The notes below the pieces were generated by a model. The model was not told where the DNA came from. It worked only from the letters and a program-made list of their open reading frames with translations, and searched no databases. From Luminiphilus sp. (lineage in GTDB: Bacteria; Bacteroidota; Bacteroidia; Flavobacteriales_D; Sanyastnellaceae): a stretch of DNA of 64,000 nucleotides. The translations under genes and the position numbers were made by a program. The stretch is taken from NCBI GenBank assembly GCA_964221845.1, contig CAXPZW010000055.1:1896-65895 (forward strand). The letters run 5' to 3'. Numbering within the stretch: position 1 is the first letter of the stretch; each line of letters starts with the position of its first letter. Positions 46,572 to 56,741 of the stretch are shown here, piece after piece.

Positions 46572-49118
46572 TTATTGACCAGTGCGCACCACCTGCGTAC
46601 GGCGCACACGGTCGCCCTGTTGGAGGAGCAGGTGGTAAGTGCCAGAGGGCAGGTGTGCCAGCTGTACAAAGCTGCGTCCGTTTAACTGACGCTGGAGCAC
46701 CACCTGGCCAGTAGCATTGAACACTTGCAGCAGTCCGGGTTGCTCCAAGCCTTCGATCCACACCCCGTTGGCGGTGGGGTTCGGGTAGACGTTCAACTGC
46801 AAGGCCAACTCGTTTATGCCCACAGGGTCCACAACAGGCTCGGGGATCAGCGAATCCAGCGGGAAGGTCATCATCGACCGTGAGAAGGTGGCGGCCACCA
46901 GCTCCATATTGGGCACGTTGAACTCCAAGTCAAACACAGGGATCAGCGGCATGTTGTTGCCCACACGCTGCCAGTTACCGCCGCCATTTTCGGTGAAGTA
47001 CACGCCCACGTCGGTGGCGATGAACAACGTGGTATCGTTCCACACTTCCAAGTGGTTGATCGGCAAGTCTGGCAGGTCGCCGGACACAGCGGTCCAGGTG
47101 TCTCCCGCATCGGTGCTTTTGTGGATGTATGCGGTGTTGTCGTTGTCCTTGTAACCCGAGTGGGTCACGAACACGGTTTGCGCATCCTCTGGACTGGCTT
47201 TGATGTTGGTCACGTACCGCTCGGGCAGGCTACTTGTGACGTTGTCCCAAGAGGCACCATCGTCCAGGCTGCGCCACACGTTGGCATCGGTCGTACCGGC
47301 GTAAAGCACGCCCGCTTGCACGGGAGATTCGGCCACCGTGGCGATGGTGTGGTAGCGGTCGCCAAAGATCACCCCGTCGGTCAAGTCGTCGCTGATGGGT
47401 TGCCAGATCCCATAGGGTGCGCCTGTCATCTTGTACATGCGGTAGGTGCCGGTGTAAAAGGTTTCGCCTGTGTGCGGTGACGGGATGTACGGCATGTCCC
47501 AGTTGCGCCGGTCCTCTTCATCCAATCCGTACGTAAAATCCTCCCACTCGCCCCAGCCGTTGGCGTCCAGGAAATACAGTGCGCCGTTCTGAACAGCCAC
47601 ATAGCGCAAGCCCACTGCATTGGAGTCATAGTAGGCTTGGAAACCATCGCCTCCAAAATCCCGAGTCCAAGCACTCCAGGCTTCTTGGTTACCCGTGGTG
47701 GTGCCATTGTCTTGCGCTCCGCCGGTGTAGTTGTCGGGATCAAACGGATTGAGCCCCACGTGGTAAAACTGCGTGTTGGGGATTTCGTCCACGTCTTCCC
47801 ACGCGTAAATGTTGGTGTTGTTCATGCCGCCCGGGTGGCGGTACAAGCCGCCGTCGGTGGCCAGCAGAATGGAGCCGTCGGGCAAGGTTTCCATGTCGTG
47901 CTTGTCGGCGTGGACAAGGTATTCCCACCAAATGGGACAGCTCATGTACCAGTCATTGCCGGAGTTGTCTGTAGTCCACAGGTCCACGCCCAGCACGGAG
48001 ATTTGCGAGTCGTCCTCAGGGTTCACGTGGATTTTGCCAAAGTACCAACCGAATCCGCCCATGGCGTTGGCCATCTGGTCGATGTCCCAATCCACAGGGC
48101 CCCAGCTGTCGCCGCCGTCGCTGGTGCGGTAGATGCCCTCGATCTGAAAGCTGGTGGAGATCACAATGGCGTAAATCTTGTCGGGATCAGAGTTGCTCAT
48201 GGTCAATCCGATGCGGCAGAGTTCGCCGTCGGGCAGGCCGTCGGTGAGCATTTCCCAGTTGTCGCCGTTGTCGCTTGAGCGCCAGATGCGGCAATTTTCG
48301 CCGGTGATGATGCTTTCCTGGTTGTTGCGTACGCGTGTCCAGCTGGCCGCGTATATCACGTTAGGATTGGCCGGGTGGCTGACCATATCGATGATGCCGG
48401 TTTGATCGTCGATGAAGTGCACCAAATTCCAAGTTGCGCCGCCGTTGGACGAACGGTACACACCACGGGCAGTGGTGGGCGCAAACGGCAGGCCCATGGC
48501 GCCGGCAAAGATGATGTCGGGATCGGCAGGGTTGATGACGATTTTGGTGATGATCACCCCTTCTTCCAGCCCGAGGTGGGTCCAAGAGTTGCCCCCATCG
48601 GTAGACTTGTAGATGCCGTTTCCGGGGTGAGGCATGCCTGAAATGTTGGGGTCCCCTGTAGCGGCGTACATCACATCGGAGTCGGTGGGGTCAAAGACGA
48701 TGTCGGCAATCGAGAGGTAGTCGAAGTCGTCGGCGATGGGCGTCCAGGTTTCGCCGGCATCCAAAGTGCGGAAAATGCCTCCGGTAGAAGCTCCAGTGTA
48801 CCAGATGTCTGGATTGTCCGGGTGAATGGCGATGCAATTCAGGCGGCCGCCAATGTTGAGTGGGCCCTCCTGCTTCCAAGGCAGGTCGGTGTTGCGGGTG
48901 GGGACAGCCCCGTCCGCAGCCAGGTCCATCACCCGGGTGAATTCCCGCAAATCCAGCTCCTGCCCCGGCATGGTGCGTTGGAGGTAAAAATGCTCCATGG
49001 GCGCTGATTTGTCAGCGAGTTTATCGCATGCAGGAGCGGAATCGGGGCGATCGGCCAGCCCGGGAGCCATCAGCATTCCAAGAGCAAGTGTGGCGCAAAT
49101 CCAAGGCGTTGCTTTCAT
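46572..49118 (-). CDS. Sortilin/VPS10-like BNR-repeat glycoside-hydrolase-like protein with T9SS type-A CTD
   Basis: Repeated S-x-D-x-G-x-(T/S)-W Asp-boxes (STDGGNSW, SSNGGATW, SSDNGDNW, TSDGGDSW, STDAGDTW); C-terminus LNVYPNPTANGVWIE...GTYHLLLQ. Confidence 0.65.
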   Translation of the reverse strand: MKATPWICATLALGMLMAPGLADRPDSAPACDKLADKSAPMEHFYLQRTMPGQELDLREFTRVMDLAADGAVPTRNTDLPWKQEGPLNIGGRLNCIAIHPDNPDIWYTGASTGGIFRTLDAGETWTPIADDFDYLSIADIVFDPTDSDVMYAATGDPNISGMPHPGNGIYKSTDGGNSWTHLGLEEGVIITKIVINPADPDIIFAGAMGLPFAPTTARGVYRSSNGGATWNLVHFIDDQTGIIDMVSHPANPNVIYAASWTRVRNNQESIITGENCRIWRSSDNGDNWEMLTDGLPDGELCRIGLTMSNSDPDKIYAIVISTSFQIEGIYRTSDGGDSWGPVDWDIDQMANAMGGFGWYFGKIHVNPEDDSQISVLGVDLWTTDNSGNDWYMSCPIWWEYLVHADKHDMETLPDGSILLATDGGLYRHPGGMNNTNIYAWEDVDEIPNTQFYHVGLNPFDPDNYTGGAQDNGTTTGNQEAWSAWTRDFGGDGFQAYYDSNAVGLRYVAVQNGALYFLDANGWGEWEDFTYGLDEEDRRNWDMPYIPSPHTGETFYTGTYRMYKMTGAPYGIWQPISDDLTDGVIFGDRYHTIATVAESPVQAGVLYAGTTDANVWRSLDDGASWDNVTSSLPERYVTNIKASPEDAQTVFVTHSGYKDNDNTAYIHKSTDAGDTWTAVSGDLPDLPINHLEVWNDTTLFIATDVGVYFTENGGGNWQRVGNNMPLIPVFDLEFNVPNMELVAATFSRSMMTFPLDSLIPEPVVDPVGINELALQLNVYPNPTANGVWIEGLEQPGLLQVFNATGQVVLQRQLNGRSFVQLAHLPSGTYHLLLQQGDRVRRTQVVRTGQ

Positions 49119-49261
49119 ACAGAACAGGTTTGATGCGAAGTTCGGCCACTTTCCCATTTGCTGCCAATCGGCTTTGATGCAAGATGGGAAACCTGCCTTC
49201 CTGTGGAAAACAGGTGGACTTCCTTCGCCCTGAAAATGCCCATTTCGCGGGCGGAATCCGG

Positions 49262-49269
49262 TAATTTTG
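49262..49269 (+). promoter_or_regulatory. Bacteroidetes -7 box TAATTTTG upstream of glmM
   Basis: Matches TAnnTTTG; overlaps the table TTG start at 49267, which favours the downstream GTG start at 49288. Confidence 0.3.
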
Positions 49270-49287
49270 TCTCAAAATATCCCCGTT

Positions 49288-50676
49288 GTGACACTGATCA
49301 AGTCGATTTCCGGTATTCGAGGCACCATTGGCGGACCTGCAGGCGACGCCCTCACCCCTCCCGACGTGGTGCGCTTCACCTCGGCGTTCGCGGCGTTTTT
49401 GCAAGCCCGTCACGGCAAGCGAAACCTGCGCATAGTGGTGGGTCGTGATGCACGCATTTCTGGTCCCATGGTCGAACAACTCGTGCTGGGCACCCTCACG
49501 GGCATGGGCTGCGACGTGATCAACGTGGGCCTCAGCACCACTCCTACTGTGGAAGTCGCTGTCCCTATGGAAGAAGCCGACGGCGGCATCATCCTCACCG
49601 CCTCCCACAACCCCAAGCAATGGAACGCCCTCAAACTGCTCAACGAACGCGGCGAATTTATCTCGGCCGATGACGGCGCAGAAGTGCTTCGTTTGGGAGA
49701 CTCTGGCGAAATCAACTACGCCGATGTGGACGAGCTCGGAAGCGTCACCACCATCGACGACTACGTTCAAAAGCACATCGACGCAGTCCTCGCCCTTCCA
49801 CTGGTCAACAAAGCGGCCATTGCCCAGGCAGGCTTCAAAGTGGCGGTGGACGCAGTGAACTCCTCGGGCGGCATTTTTGTACCTGCATTGTTGAAAGCCC
49901 TTGGCGTAGAGAACATCATTGAACTCTACTGCGAACCCAACGGCCAATTCCCCCACAACCCCGAACCCTTGCCTGAGAACCTCACTGCGATTGCCGATGC
50001 CATCCGCGAGCAAGGCGCAGACGTAGGCTTGGTGGTGGATCCCGATGTGGACCGCTTGGCCATGGTCTGCGAAGACGGCAGCATGTTTGGCGAGGAATAC
50101 ACCCTTGTGGCCGTGACCGACTACGTGCTCCAACACACCCCGGGCAACACCGTCAGCAACCTCTCCTCTACCCGCGCCTTGCGCGACGTGACCCGTTCGC
50201 ACGGGCAAACCTACACGGCCGCTGCGGTGGGCGAGGTGAACGTAGTCAACACCATGAAGGCCACCAATGCCATCGTTGGCGGCGAAGGCAACGGCGGGGT
50301 CATTTACCCTGAATCACATTACGGCCGAGACGCGCTGGTAGGCATTGGCCTGTTCCTGACGCACCTGGCCACCTCGGGCAAAACCTGCTCGGCGCTGCGC
50401 GACAGCTACCCTAAGTATGTCATCAGCAAAAACAAGATCCAACTCACCCCCGACCTGGATGTGGACGCTCTGCTTAAAGCAGTAGAGCAGCGCTACGCCA
50501 GCGAGGAACTCAATACGGTGGACGGTGTTAAAATCGACTTCGCAGAAGGCTGGGTGCACCTGCGTAAGTCCAACACCGAACCCATCATCCGCGTGTACGC
50601 CGAAGCAGCATCGGCCGCTGCCGCAAACGCACTTGCCCAGCGCATTATCAATGATGTTCAATCCCTGACTGCATGA
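49288..50676 (+). CDS. glmM: Phosphoglucosamine mutase (phosphohexomutase family); start codon uncertain (GTG 49288 vs TTG 49267)
   Basis: TLIKSISGIRGTIGG N-terminus, TASHNP active-site serine loop. Confidence 0.75.
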   Translation: MTLIKSISGIRGTIGGPAGDALTPPDVVRFTSAFAAFLQARHGKRNLRIVVGRDARISGPMVEQLVLGTLTGMGCDVINVGLSTTPTVEVAVPMEEADGGIILTASHNPKQWNALKLLNERGEFISADDGAEVLRLGDSGEINYADVDELGSVTTIDDYVQKHIDAVLALPLVNKAAIAQAGFKVAVDAVNSSGGIFVPALLKALGVENIIELYCEPNGQFPHNPEPLPENLTAIADAIREQGADVGLVVDPDVDRLAMVCEDGSMFGEEYTLVAVTDYVLQHTPGNTVSNLSSTRALRDVTRSHGQTYTAAAVGEVNVVNTMKATNAIVGGEGNGGVIYPESHYGRDALVGIGLFLTHLATSGKTCSALRDSYPKYVISKNKIQLTPDLDVDALLKAVEQRYASEELNTVDGVKIDFAEGWVHLRKSNTEPIIRVYAEAASAAAANALAQRIINDVQSLTA

Positions 50677-51827
50677 CCCAACGCAGCATTTACCTGGACA
50701 ACGCCGCAACGACGCCGTTGGCCCCCGAGGTGTTTGAAGCGATGCGCCCGTTTATGGAGCATCACTTTGGCAACCCGTCCTCGACCCACCATTTTGGCCG
50801 CAAAACCAAAACGGCCATCGAACGCTCACGCCGTGCCATTGCGGGCGCGCTCAACTGCCTGCCGGCTGAGATCTACTTCATGTCCGGCGGTACCGAAGCC
50901 GACAACATCGCCCTGCGATGCTCGGTGGACGACTTGGGCTGCACGCACATCATCACCTCCCCCATTGAGCACAGTGCGGTCATCAAAACCGCCCAACTGC
51001 TGGAACAACAAGGCAAGATTCGCTTGTCGCTGGTGAACCTGCTGCCCAACGGCCACGTGGATCTCGACCACCTCGCCCAATTGCTGGACACCCCAGATAA
51101 GACGCTGGTGAGCCTCATGCACGGCAACAACGAAATCGCCAACCTGCTCCCCATCAAGCAAGTGGGCGAGCTCTGCGCGCAGCACGACGCCCTGTTTCAT
51201 TCCGACACGGTACAAACCATGGGGCACTACGCCTTTGACCTGCAGGACTTGAACGTGCATTTCATCACCGGCGCTGGCCACAAGTTCCACGGACCCAAAG
51301 GCGTGGGCTTCCTTTACGTAGACAAGGCGCTTAAAATCAACGCCCGCATCACCGGCGGAGGGCAAGAGCGTCAACTCCGTGGCGGTACGGAAAACCTGTA
51401 TGGCATTGTGGGCATTGGTGCGGCACTGGAACTCTGCACCCAAGACATGGCCGCGCACAAAAGCCATGTCAGCAGCCTCAAGCAACACATGGCTCGCGAG
51501 TTGGAATCGCGCTTGCCAGGCGTAGAATTCAACGGCGACTCGCGCAGCGAAGACAGCCTCTACACCGTGCTCAACGTCACCCTGCCCGAGAGCAACAACT
51601 CTGGTATGATGCTGTTCCTGTTGGACTTGGAAGGCATCGCCTGCTCTGGCGGTAGCGCTTGTTCTTCGGGCGCCGCCAAAGGTTCGCACGTGCTCACGGC
51701 AATCGACGCCATCCGTCCCAACCGCGCTTCCCTGCGCTTCTCATTCAGCCGCTTCACCACGCGTGAAGACGTGGACTATTCCATCGAGAAGATCGTGGCG
51801 ATTTGCGGAGTGAAGGAGGTGGTGTAA
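50673..51827 (+). CDS. Cysteine desulfurase (NifS/IscS family, class V aminotransferase)
   Basis: YLDNAATTP, SGHKFHGPKGVGFLYV PLP-lysine region, C-terminal SGGSACSSG. Confidence 0.8.
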   Translation: MTQRSIYLDNAATTPLAPEVFEAMRPFMEHHFGNPSSTHHFGRKTKTAIERSRRAIAGALNCLPAEIYFMSGGTEADNIALRCSVDDLGCTHIITSPIEHSAVIKTAQLLEQQGKIRLSLVNLLPNGHVDLDHLAQLLDTPDKTLVSLMHGNNEIANLLPIKQVGELCAQHDALFHSDTVQTMGHYAFDLQDLNVHFITGAGHKFHGPKGVGFLYVDKALKINARITGGGQERQLRGGTENLYGIVGIGAALELCTQDMAAHKSHVSSLKQHMARELESRLPGVEFNGDSRSEDSLYTVLNVTLPESNNSGMMLFLLDLEGIACSGGSACSSGAAKGSHVLTAIDAIRPNRASLRFSFSRFTTREDVDYSIEKIVAICGVKEVV

Positions 51828-51848
51828 TCCGACTTTGAATTTTATGAG

Positions 51849-51878
51849 AAAGGCACTCCGGTTGGGGTGCCTTTTTTG
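51849..51878 (+). terminator. Rho-independent terminator after the cysteine desulfurase gene
   Basis: aaaggcactccggttggggtgcctttttt. Confidence 0.5.
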
Positions 51879-52063
51879 CTATTGATGGGGTGAGGTGGAC
51901 GATCTATTGGGCTGAGCGGGCGAAGTACAAAGTGGTGGGTGTTGGGCTTGGTTTGGGGAGTTGGTGGGGGCAATTTTGTGGTGTTCATCGAGAGGAGGTG
52001 GCGGGGTGGGGCTGGTGGGGCCCCGGATGCCGATGGTGTGCCCAATCGGAACTTTAGGGCAAA

Positions 52064-52092
52064 CAAAAAGGCGCCCCAAAGAGCGCCTTTTC
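52064..52092 (-). terminator. Terminator hairpin downstream of lpdA, near-identical to the one at 44032
   Basis: aaaaaggcgccccaaagagcgcctttt. Confidence 0.5.
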
Positions 52093-52111
52093 TATCTGAA
52101 TGTTAGCGGAA

Positions 52112-53500
52112 TCAAATGTGAATCACCTCATCGTATGCCGCAGCAGCAGCTTCCATCACCGCCTCGCTCATGGTCGGGTGCGGGTGAACGGTTTTGATGA
52201 GTTCTTCGCCGGTGGTTTCCAGCTTGCGCACCGCTACGATCTCAGCGATCATTTCGGTCACGTTGGCGCCAATCATGTGGCCGCCGAGGAGCTCACCGTA
52301 CTTGGCATCAAACACAAGCTTCACGAAGCCGTCTTTGTGACCCGCGGCAGAAGCCTTGCCTGAAGCCGAGAACGGGAACTTGCCCACTTTCACTTCGTAG
52401 CCTGCTTCTTTGGCTTGGGCCTCGGTCATGCCTACAGACGCCACCTCTGGGCTGCAGTAAGTGCAACCTGGGATATTGCCGTAGTTGATGGGCTCGGGGT
52501 GGTGACCGGCGATTTTCTCTACGCAGGTGATGCCTTCCGCAGAAGCCACGTGCGCGAGCGCCTGACCAGGCACACAATCACCGATGGCGTAGTAGCCCGG
52601 GATGTTGGTCTGGTAGTAGTCGTCCACGATGATCTTGCCTTTGTCGGTCGCGATGCCTACATCCTCCAGGCCAATGCCCTCGATGTTGGCCACAACGCCC
52701 ACTGCACTCAAAACCACGTCGGCTTCGATGACCTCTTCGCCTTTCTTGGTTTTGACGTGCACCTTGTTGGTCTTACCAGAAGTATCTACACTGGTGACCT
52801 CGGCGTTGGTCTTGATCTTGATGCCTTGCTTCTTGAAGGTACGCTCGAGTTGCTTCGACACCTCCTCGTCCTCAACAGGAACGATGCGTGGCATGTACTC
52901 CACGATGGTCACCTCGGTGCCGATCGCGTTGTAGAAGTAGGCGAACTCCACGCCAATGGCACCCGAACCTACAACCACCAGTTTCTTAGGCTGGGTCTTG
53001 AGGGTCATGGCCTCGCGGTAGCCGATGATGTTTTTACCGTCTTGAGGAAGGCTTGGCAGCGAGCGTGAGCGCGCGCCGGTTGCGATGATGATGTGGTCTG
53101 CAGAGTACTCGGTGGTCTTGCCATCGGCATCGGTCACGTCGAGTTTTTTACCGGCTTTCACTTTGCCGGTACCCATGATCACATCGATCTTGTTCTTTTT
53201 CATCAGGAACTGCACGCCCTTCGACATGCCGTCGGCCACACCACGGCTGCGGTTCACCATGCCTCCGAAGTCCACTTTGGCATCGGAAGTTTGGATGCCG
53301 TAATCTTCGGCGTGCGAGATGTATTCAAAGACGTTGGCGCTTTTCAGAAGCGCTTTGGTGGGGATGCAGCCCCAGTTGAGGCAGATGCCTCCGAGCGATT
53401 CGCGTTCAACAACGGCGGCCTTCAGACCCAGTTGAGAAGCGCGGATGGCGGTCACATATCCGCCGGGGCCTGAGCCCAGTACGATCACATCGTATTTCAT
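52112..53500 (-). CDS. lpdA: Dihydrolipoyl dehydrogenase (E3)
   Basis: MKYDVIVLGSGPGGY FAD motif, GGICLNWGCIPTK redox-disulfide motif; start placed by amino-acid counting in the table ORF, +/-1 nt. Confidence 0.85.
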   Translation of the reverse strand: MKYDVIVLGSGPGGYVTAIRASQLGLKAAVVERESLGGICLNWGCIPTKALLKSANVFEYISHAEDYGIQTSDAKVDFGGMVNRSRGVADGMSKGVQFLMKKNKIDVIMGTGKVKAGKKLDVTDADGKTTEYSADHIIIATGARSRSLPSLPQDGKNIIGYREAMTLKTQPKKLVVVGSGAIGVEFAYFYNAIGTEVTIVEYMPRIVPVEDEEVSKQLERTFKKQGIKIKTNAEVTSVDTSGKTNKVHVKTKKGEEVIEADVVLSAVGVVANIEGIGLEDVGIATDKGKIIVDDYYQTNIPGYYAIGDCVPGQALAHVASAEGITCVEKIAGHHPEPINYGNIPGCTYCSPEVASVGMTEAQAKEAGYEVKVGKFPFSASGKASAAGHKDGFVKLVFDAKYGELLGGHMIGANVTEMIAEIVAVRKLETTGEELIKTVHPHPTMSEAVMEAAAAAYDEVIHI

Positions 53501-53716
53501 AGCGTGCAAATTGTGCTTGAATGCATCGGCGAAATTAGTGAATGACCCCCGGTTGGCCGTCCCGTTTGGCACCTTTTGACACCCCGCCCCTCCGCCTGCC
53601 GTCTCCCCCTTGCCGAATCCCCTTCCAATCGCACCGAATTCGCAATCCTCTCCCATTGGCCTCACCTCTGGCACAGCGCTTGAAAGGAAGAGGGGGAAAC
53701 CACAAAAACGCAACCC

Positions 53717-54292
53717 ATGAAAAATGCAACCCCAATCCTCCCCGCGGTAAAGCGCAAGCGATTTGGCCTGGCCTTGGTTCTGGCCTTGGTTGGACTGGCC
53801 TCCATGCAGAGCTGCATCATCATCACCGATGGCGGCAACCACGGCCAAGAGGGTCGCGCATACTTTGGCATCGACTACGATTGGAATCCGCCCTTCAGCT
53901 ACTGGGACAACAACCCATCGGTACCCGACAATCCCTTCTTTGGCGAGTACTACCGCACCCTGGACGGGATCTACGATTTTGAATACTTCATCAACCCTTA
54001 CGAGTACTGGTGGGGCACCTACGAGATCTACGTCAACCCCGGCACCGCCGGAGGTCCCAACGGCGAGGACGGCCTCGACGGCGCCGACACCTACTTGATG
54101 CTCATCTGCAACGACAACGGCTTTTACTTCGAAGGCTGGGAAGACTGCAGCTGCACGCGTACCCTCGAGGACGGCACACAGATCATCGAGCTCGACAAGG
54201 GCGATAAGAAATACCGCATTGAAATGCGAAAGGCGGATGTCCGCACTCGCCCATCGGAAAACATCCCCAAGTTCCGGGCTGACCAGCCCTAG
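53717..54292 (+). CDS. Hypothetical lipoprotein (Tyr/Trp/Asp-rich, 191 aa)
   Basis: Signal peptide with lipobox LASMQSC. Confidence 0.45.
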   Translation: MKNATPILPAVKRKRFGLALVLALVGLASMQSCIIITDGGNHGQEGRAYFGIDYDWNPPFSYWDNNPSVPDNPFFGEYYRTLDGIYDFEYFINPYEYWWGTYEIYVNPGTAGGPNGEDGLDGADTYLMLICNDNGFYFEGWEDCSCTRTLEDGTQIIELDKGDKKYRIEMRKADVRTRPSENIPKFRADQP

Positions 54293-54319
54293 CAGGTGAA
54301 GGTGCTTGCACCTGTGGAG

Positions 54320-54348
54320 GCCATCGTGAAAGCGATGGCCTTTTTTTA
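54320..54348 (+). terminator. Rho-independent terminator (ggccatcg-tgaaa-cgatggcc + T7), preceded by a second palindrome aggtgcttgcacct
   Basis: Direct reading. Confidence 0.55.
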
Positions 54349-54410
54349 TGCAGGGGCTTTGCATTTGAGCTTGCACTAAAACCGTCAAGTTTTGAAACTA
54401 ACTTTAAGGC

Positions 54411-55010
54411 ATGAAATTCCACCCCGCCCCTTTCCTCACCGGCACCGTCACCCAAGTCCTCAACTCTGATGACGTTGGCCGTCGGGATACGTTTGAGGCT
54501 GCCGCGCTTGAGCTGACCTTCGCAGGGATTCCGGGCAACCGGCACTTTGGGCCGACCAAGCCTGCGGGGCCACGGGAGAAGCACTATCCGGCGGGGCATC
54601 CGATGGCCAACATGCGTCAGTGGTCCGCCGTGAGCGAAGAAGAATTGGCCGCCGCAGCCAAGCTCATGGGGCTCGACGACTTGGATCCGGGATGGATCGG
54701 CGCCAACATTGTGGTGGAGGGGATTCCGCACTTTTCGCAGCTGCCGCTGGTCAGTCATTTGTTCTTTGACCGTGACGGTGAGCCGGGACCCGTACTCGGG
54801 GTGTACGAGCACAACGGGCCGTGCACTTGGCCAGACACCTACATCGAGGCCGGTGCGCGTCGCAAGCCGTTGGTGAGTTTTGCTAAAGGGGGCTTGGGCC
54901 GCCGCGGTTTGGTAGGCTGGGTGGACGCCGAAGGCATCATTCGCCCGGGAGACCGTGTGGTGGTGAAGATTCCCAAATTGACCGAAACGCCCAATCCTGT
55001 AGCGCTGTAG
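54411..55010 (+). CDS. MOSC-domain protein (YiiM-like)
   Basis: Beta-barrel-like MOSC pattern with conserved Cys (NGPCTWPD) and C-terminal GDRVVV. Confidence 0.4.
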   Translation: MKFHPAPFLTGTVTQVLNSDDVGRRDTFEAAALELTFAGIPGNRHFGPTKPAGPREKHYPAGHPMANMRQWSAVSEEELAAAAKLMGLDDLDPGWIGANIVVEGIPHFSQLPLVSHLFFDRDGEPGPVLGVYEHNGPCTWPDTYIEAGARRKPLVSFAKGGLGRRGLVGWVDAEGIIRPGDRVVVKIPKLTETPNPVAL

Positions 55011-55026
55011 CCGTTATCTTTGTACT

Positions 55027-55440
55027 GTGAAGATCGACTACCCCGCTAAAGTCCTGCTCGCCTGGAGCGAAGCCATCAAAGGCAACGCCGAGATCCGCGA
55101 TTGGCTGATGAAAAATAGCTACCCGGAACTGGGTCTGTTCAGTTTTGCCCTGCGCAACAACGACGAGGCGCGCGAGTGGTTGATCAAAAACAACTTCCCC
55201 CCCCTCATGGCCTTGATCCGCGGCTGCGAGGGCGACCCCAACGCCATCCTGTGGTTGCGCAAGTTCAAGCTGGATACGCTGGTGTACGTGGCCCGCGCCG
55301 CCGACAATTCAGAAGAAGCCATGACTTACTTGGTGAGCAACAACCATTTGGAGTTGGCGCGTGTAGCTGCCCAAATGCGCTTCGTGAAAAACACCATCGA
55401 GCGCGACAACAACGACGTGCACAAGATCAGCCGTGACTGA
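55027..55440 (+). CDS. Hypothetical protein (137 aa, GTG start)
   Basis: Protein-like composition, good codon usage; no recognisable motif. Confidence 0.35.
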   Translation: MKIDYPAKVLLAWSEAIKGNAEIRDWLMKNSYPELGLFSFALRNNDEAREWLIKNNFPPLMALIRGCEGDPNAILWLRKFKLDTLVYVARAADNSEEAMTYLVSNNHLELARVAAQMRFVKNTIERDNNDVHKISRD

Positions 55441-55452
55441 GCTCTTGAAGAT

Positions 55453-56679
55453 TTACTGGTTGACGTAGGTGAGCGAGCTCAAACGGTCCTCGTCAAACAC
55501 CTCGTTGGCAATGTCCTGCAGCTCGGCAGCGGTCACTCCTTGAATTTTGCGGAAGACTTCCTCGAGCCCGTCCACGCGGTCGTACATCAATAAACTCTTG
55601 CCGAGTGCCATCATAATGCCCGAGCCGCTTTCCTGCGCCAACGCGATTTGCCCGATGAGTTGCTGCTTGGCATTGTGCAGCTGGGTGGGGCCGAGCTTTT
55701 TGGTGCGCAGCGCCTTGAGTTCTTTGAGCACGAGTTTGCGGCTCTTTTCAAAGTGGCGTTTATCGGTGCCGAGGTAGATTTCGATCAGGCCGGTATCGCT
55801 AAAGACCGTGTAATGGCTCTCGATGTTGTAGGTGTAGCCGTGCTTTTCACGCACCTCCAAATTGAGGCGGGAGTTCATGCCCGGTCCTCCGAGGTAGTTG
55901 TTGAGCAGGATGAGCCCGGTTTTGCGTGGGTCATCGTTGGCGTAACCTAAGCTGCCCATCACATGGTGGAACTGGTACTGGCTCTTGGGCGCCGAACGGT
56001 GCTGTTGTCCGTTGGGCTGGAAGGGCTGACGCGGCGCGGTGCCGGTCGACACTTCGTGTTGGCACAAGTGCTTCTCGGCCAATCGGCGGATTTGCGCCGG
56101 GGTGTGGTTGGAGACCGACGAGAACACCATGCGCTCGGCGGTGTACTGGCGCTTCAAGAATCTGAACACATCCTCACGGGTGAACGAGCGCACGGAGTCT
56201 TCGGTGCCCAGGATGTTGCGTCCAAGGGGGTGGCCGTGGAACAGCATTTCTTCAAATTCATCGAAGATCATCTCGCCCGGCGAGTCCTGATAGCTGGCAA
56301 TTTCATCGAGGATGACTTCTTTTTCCTTGATCAACTCTTTCTCGGGGAAGACCGAGTTGAAGGAGATGTCAGCAATCAGTTCAATGGCCCGCTCGTAATG
56401 CTGGGTCATGAACGAACCGTAAATCCAGGTTTCTTCCTTGGAGGTAAAGGCGTTGATCTCCCCTCCCACCGAATCCAGGCGCGAAAGGATGTGGAAGGTC
56501 TTGCGTTTGCCCGTGCCTTTGAACAGGGTGTGCTCAATGAAGTGCGCCAGGCCGGCCTCGGATTCCAACTCATCGCGCGAGCCGGCATCGATCACGAGCC
56601 CACAGTGGCCCACAGGCCGGTCGGTCTGGGTGTGGATGCAGCGGATGCCGTTGGGCAATGTGAAGGTGTAGAATTCCAT
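55453..56679 (-). CDS. M16-family zinc peptidase (pitrilysin-like)
   Basis: Inverted zinc motif HFIEH ... E within GLAHFIEHTLFKGT. Confidence 0.8.
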   Translation of the reverse strand: MEFYTFTLPNGIRCIHTQTDRPVGHCGLVIDAGSRDELESEAGLAHFIEHTLFKGTGKRKTFHILSRLDSVGGEINAFTSKEETWIYGSFMTQHYERAIELIADISFNSVFPEKELIKEKEVILDEIASYQDSPGEMIFDEFEEMLFHGHPLGRNILGTEDSVRSFTREDVFRFLKRQYTAERMVFSSVSNHTPAQIRRLAEKHLCQHEVSTGTAPRQPFQPNGQQHRSAPKSQYQFHHVMGSLGYANDDPRKTGLILLNNYLGGPGMNSRLNLEVREKHGYTYNIESHYTVFSDTGLIEIYLGTDKRHFEKSRKLVLKELKALRTKKLGPTQLHNAKQQLIGQIALAQESGSGIMMALGKSLLMYDRVDGLEEVFRKIQGVTAAELQDIANEVFDEDRLSSLTYVNQ

Positions 56680-56741
56680 CTGTTCAGGGCCGGCAAAGGT
56701 ACGGCTCCATTCTCAATCTGCAGTCGCTTACCTTTGGCTGC

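Noticed and set aside
51890-52030. G-rich tract (ggtggggg, ggcggggtggggctggtgggg), possible G-quadruplex
   Set aside because: G-runs are irregularly spaced in the convergent intergenic region between two terminators. It is probably just GC-rich spacer DNA, so it gets only a low-priority mention.
52308-53982. Several small plus-strand or overlapping ORFs around lpdA (52415..53068, 53093..53473, 53542..53982) and the 758-aa extension of the lpdA ORF
   Set aside because: They are antisense to, or an upstream open-frame extension of, lpdA. The true start is the MKYDVIVLGSGPGG Met.
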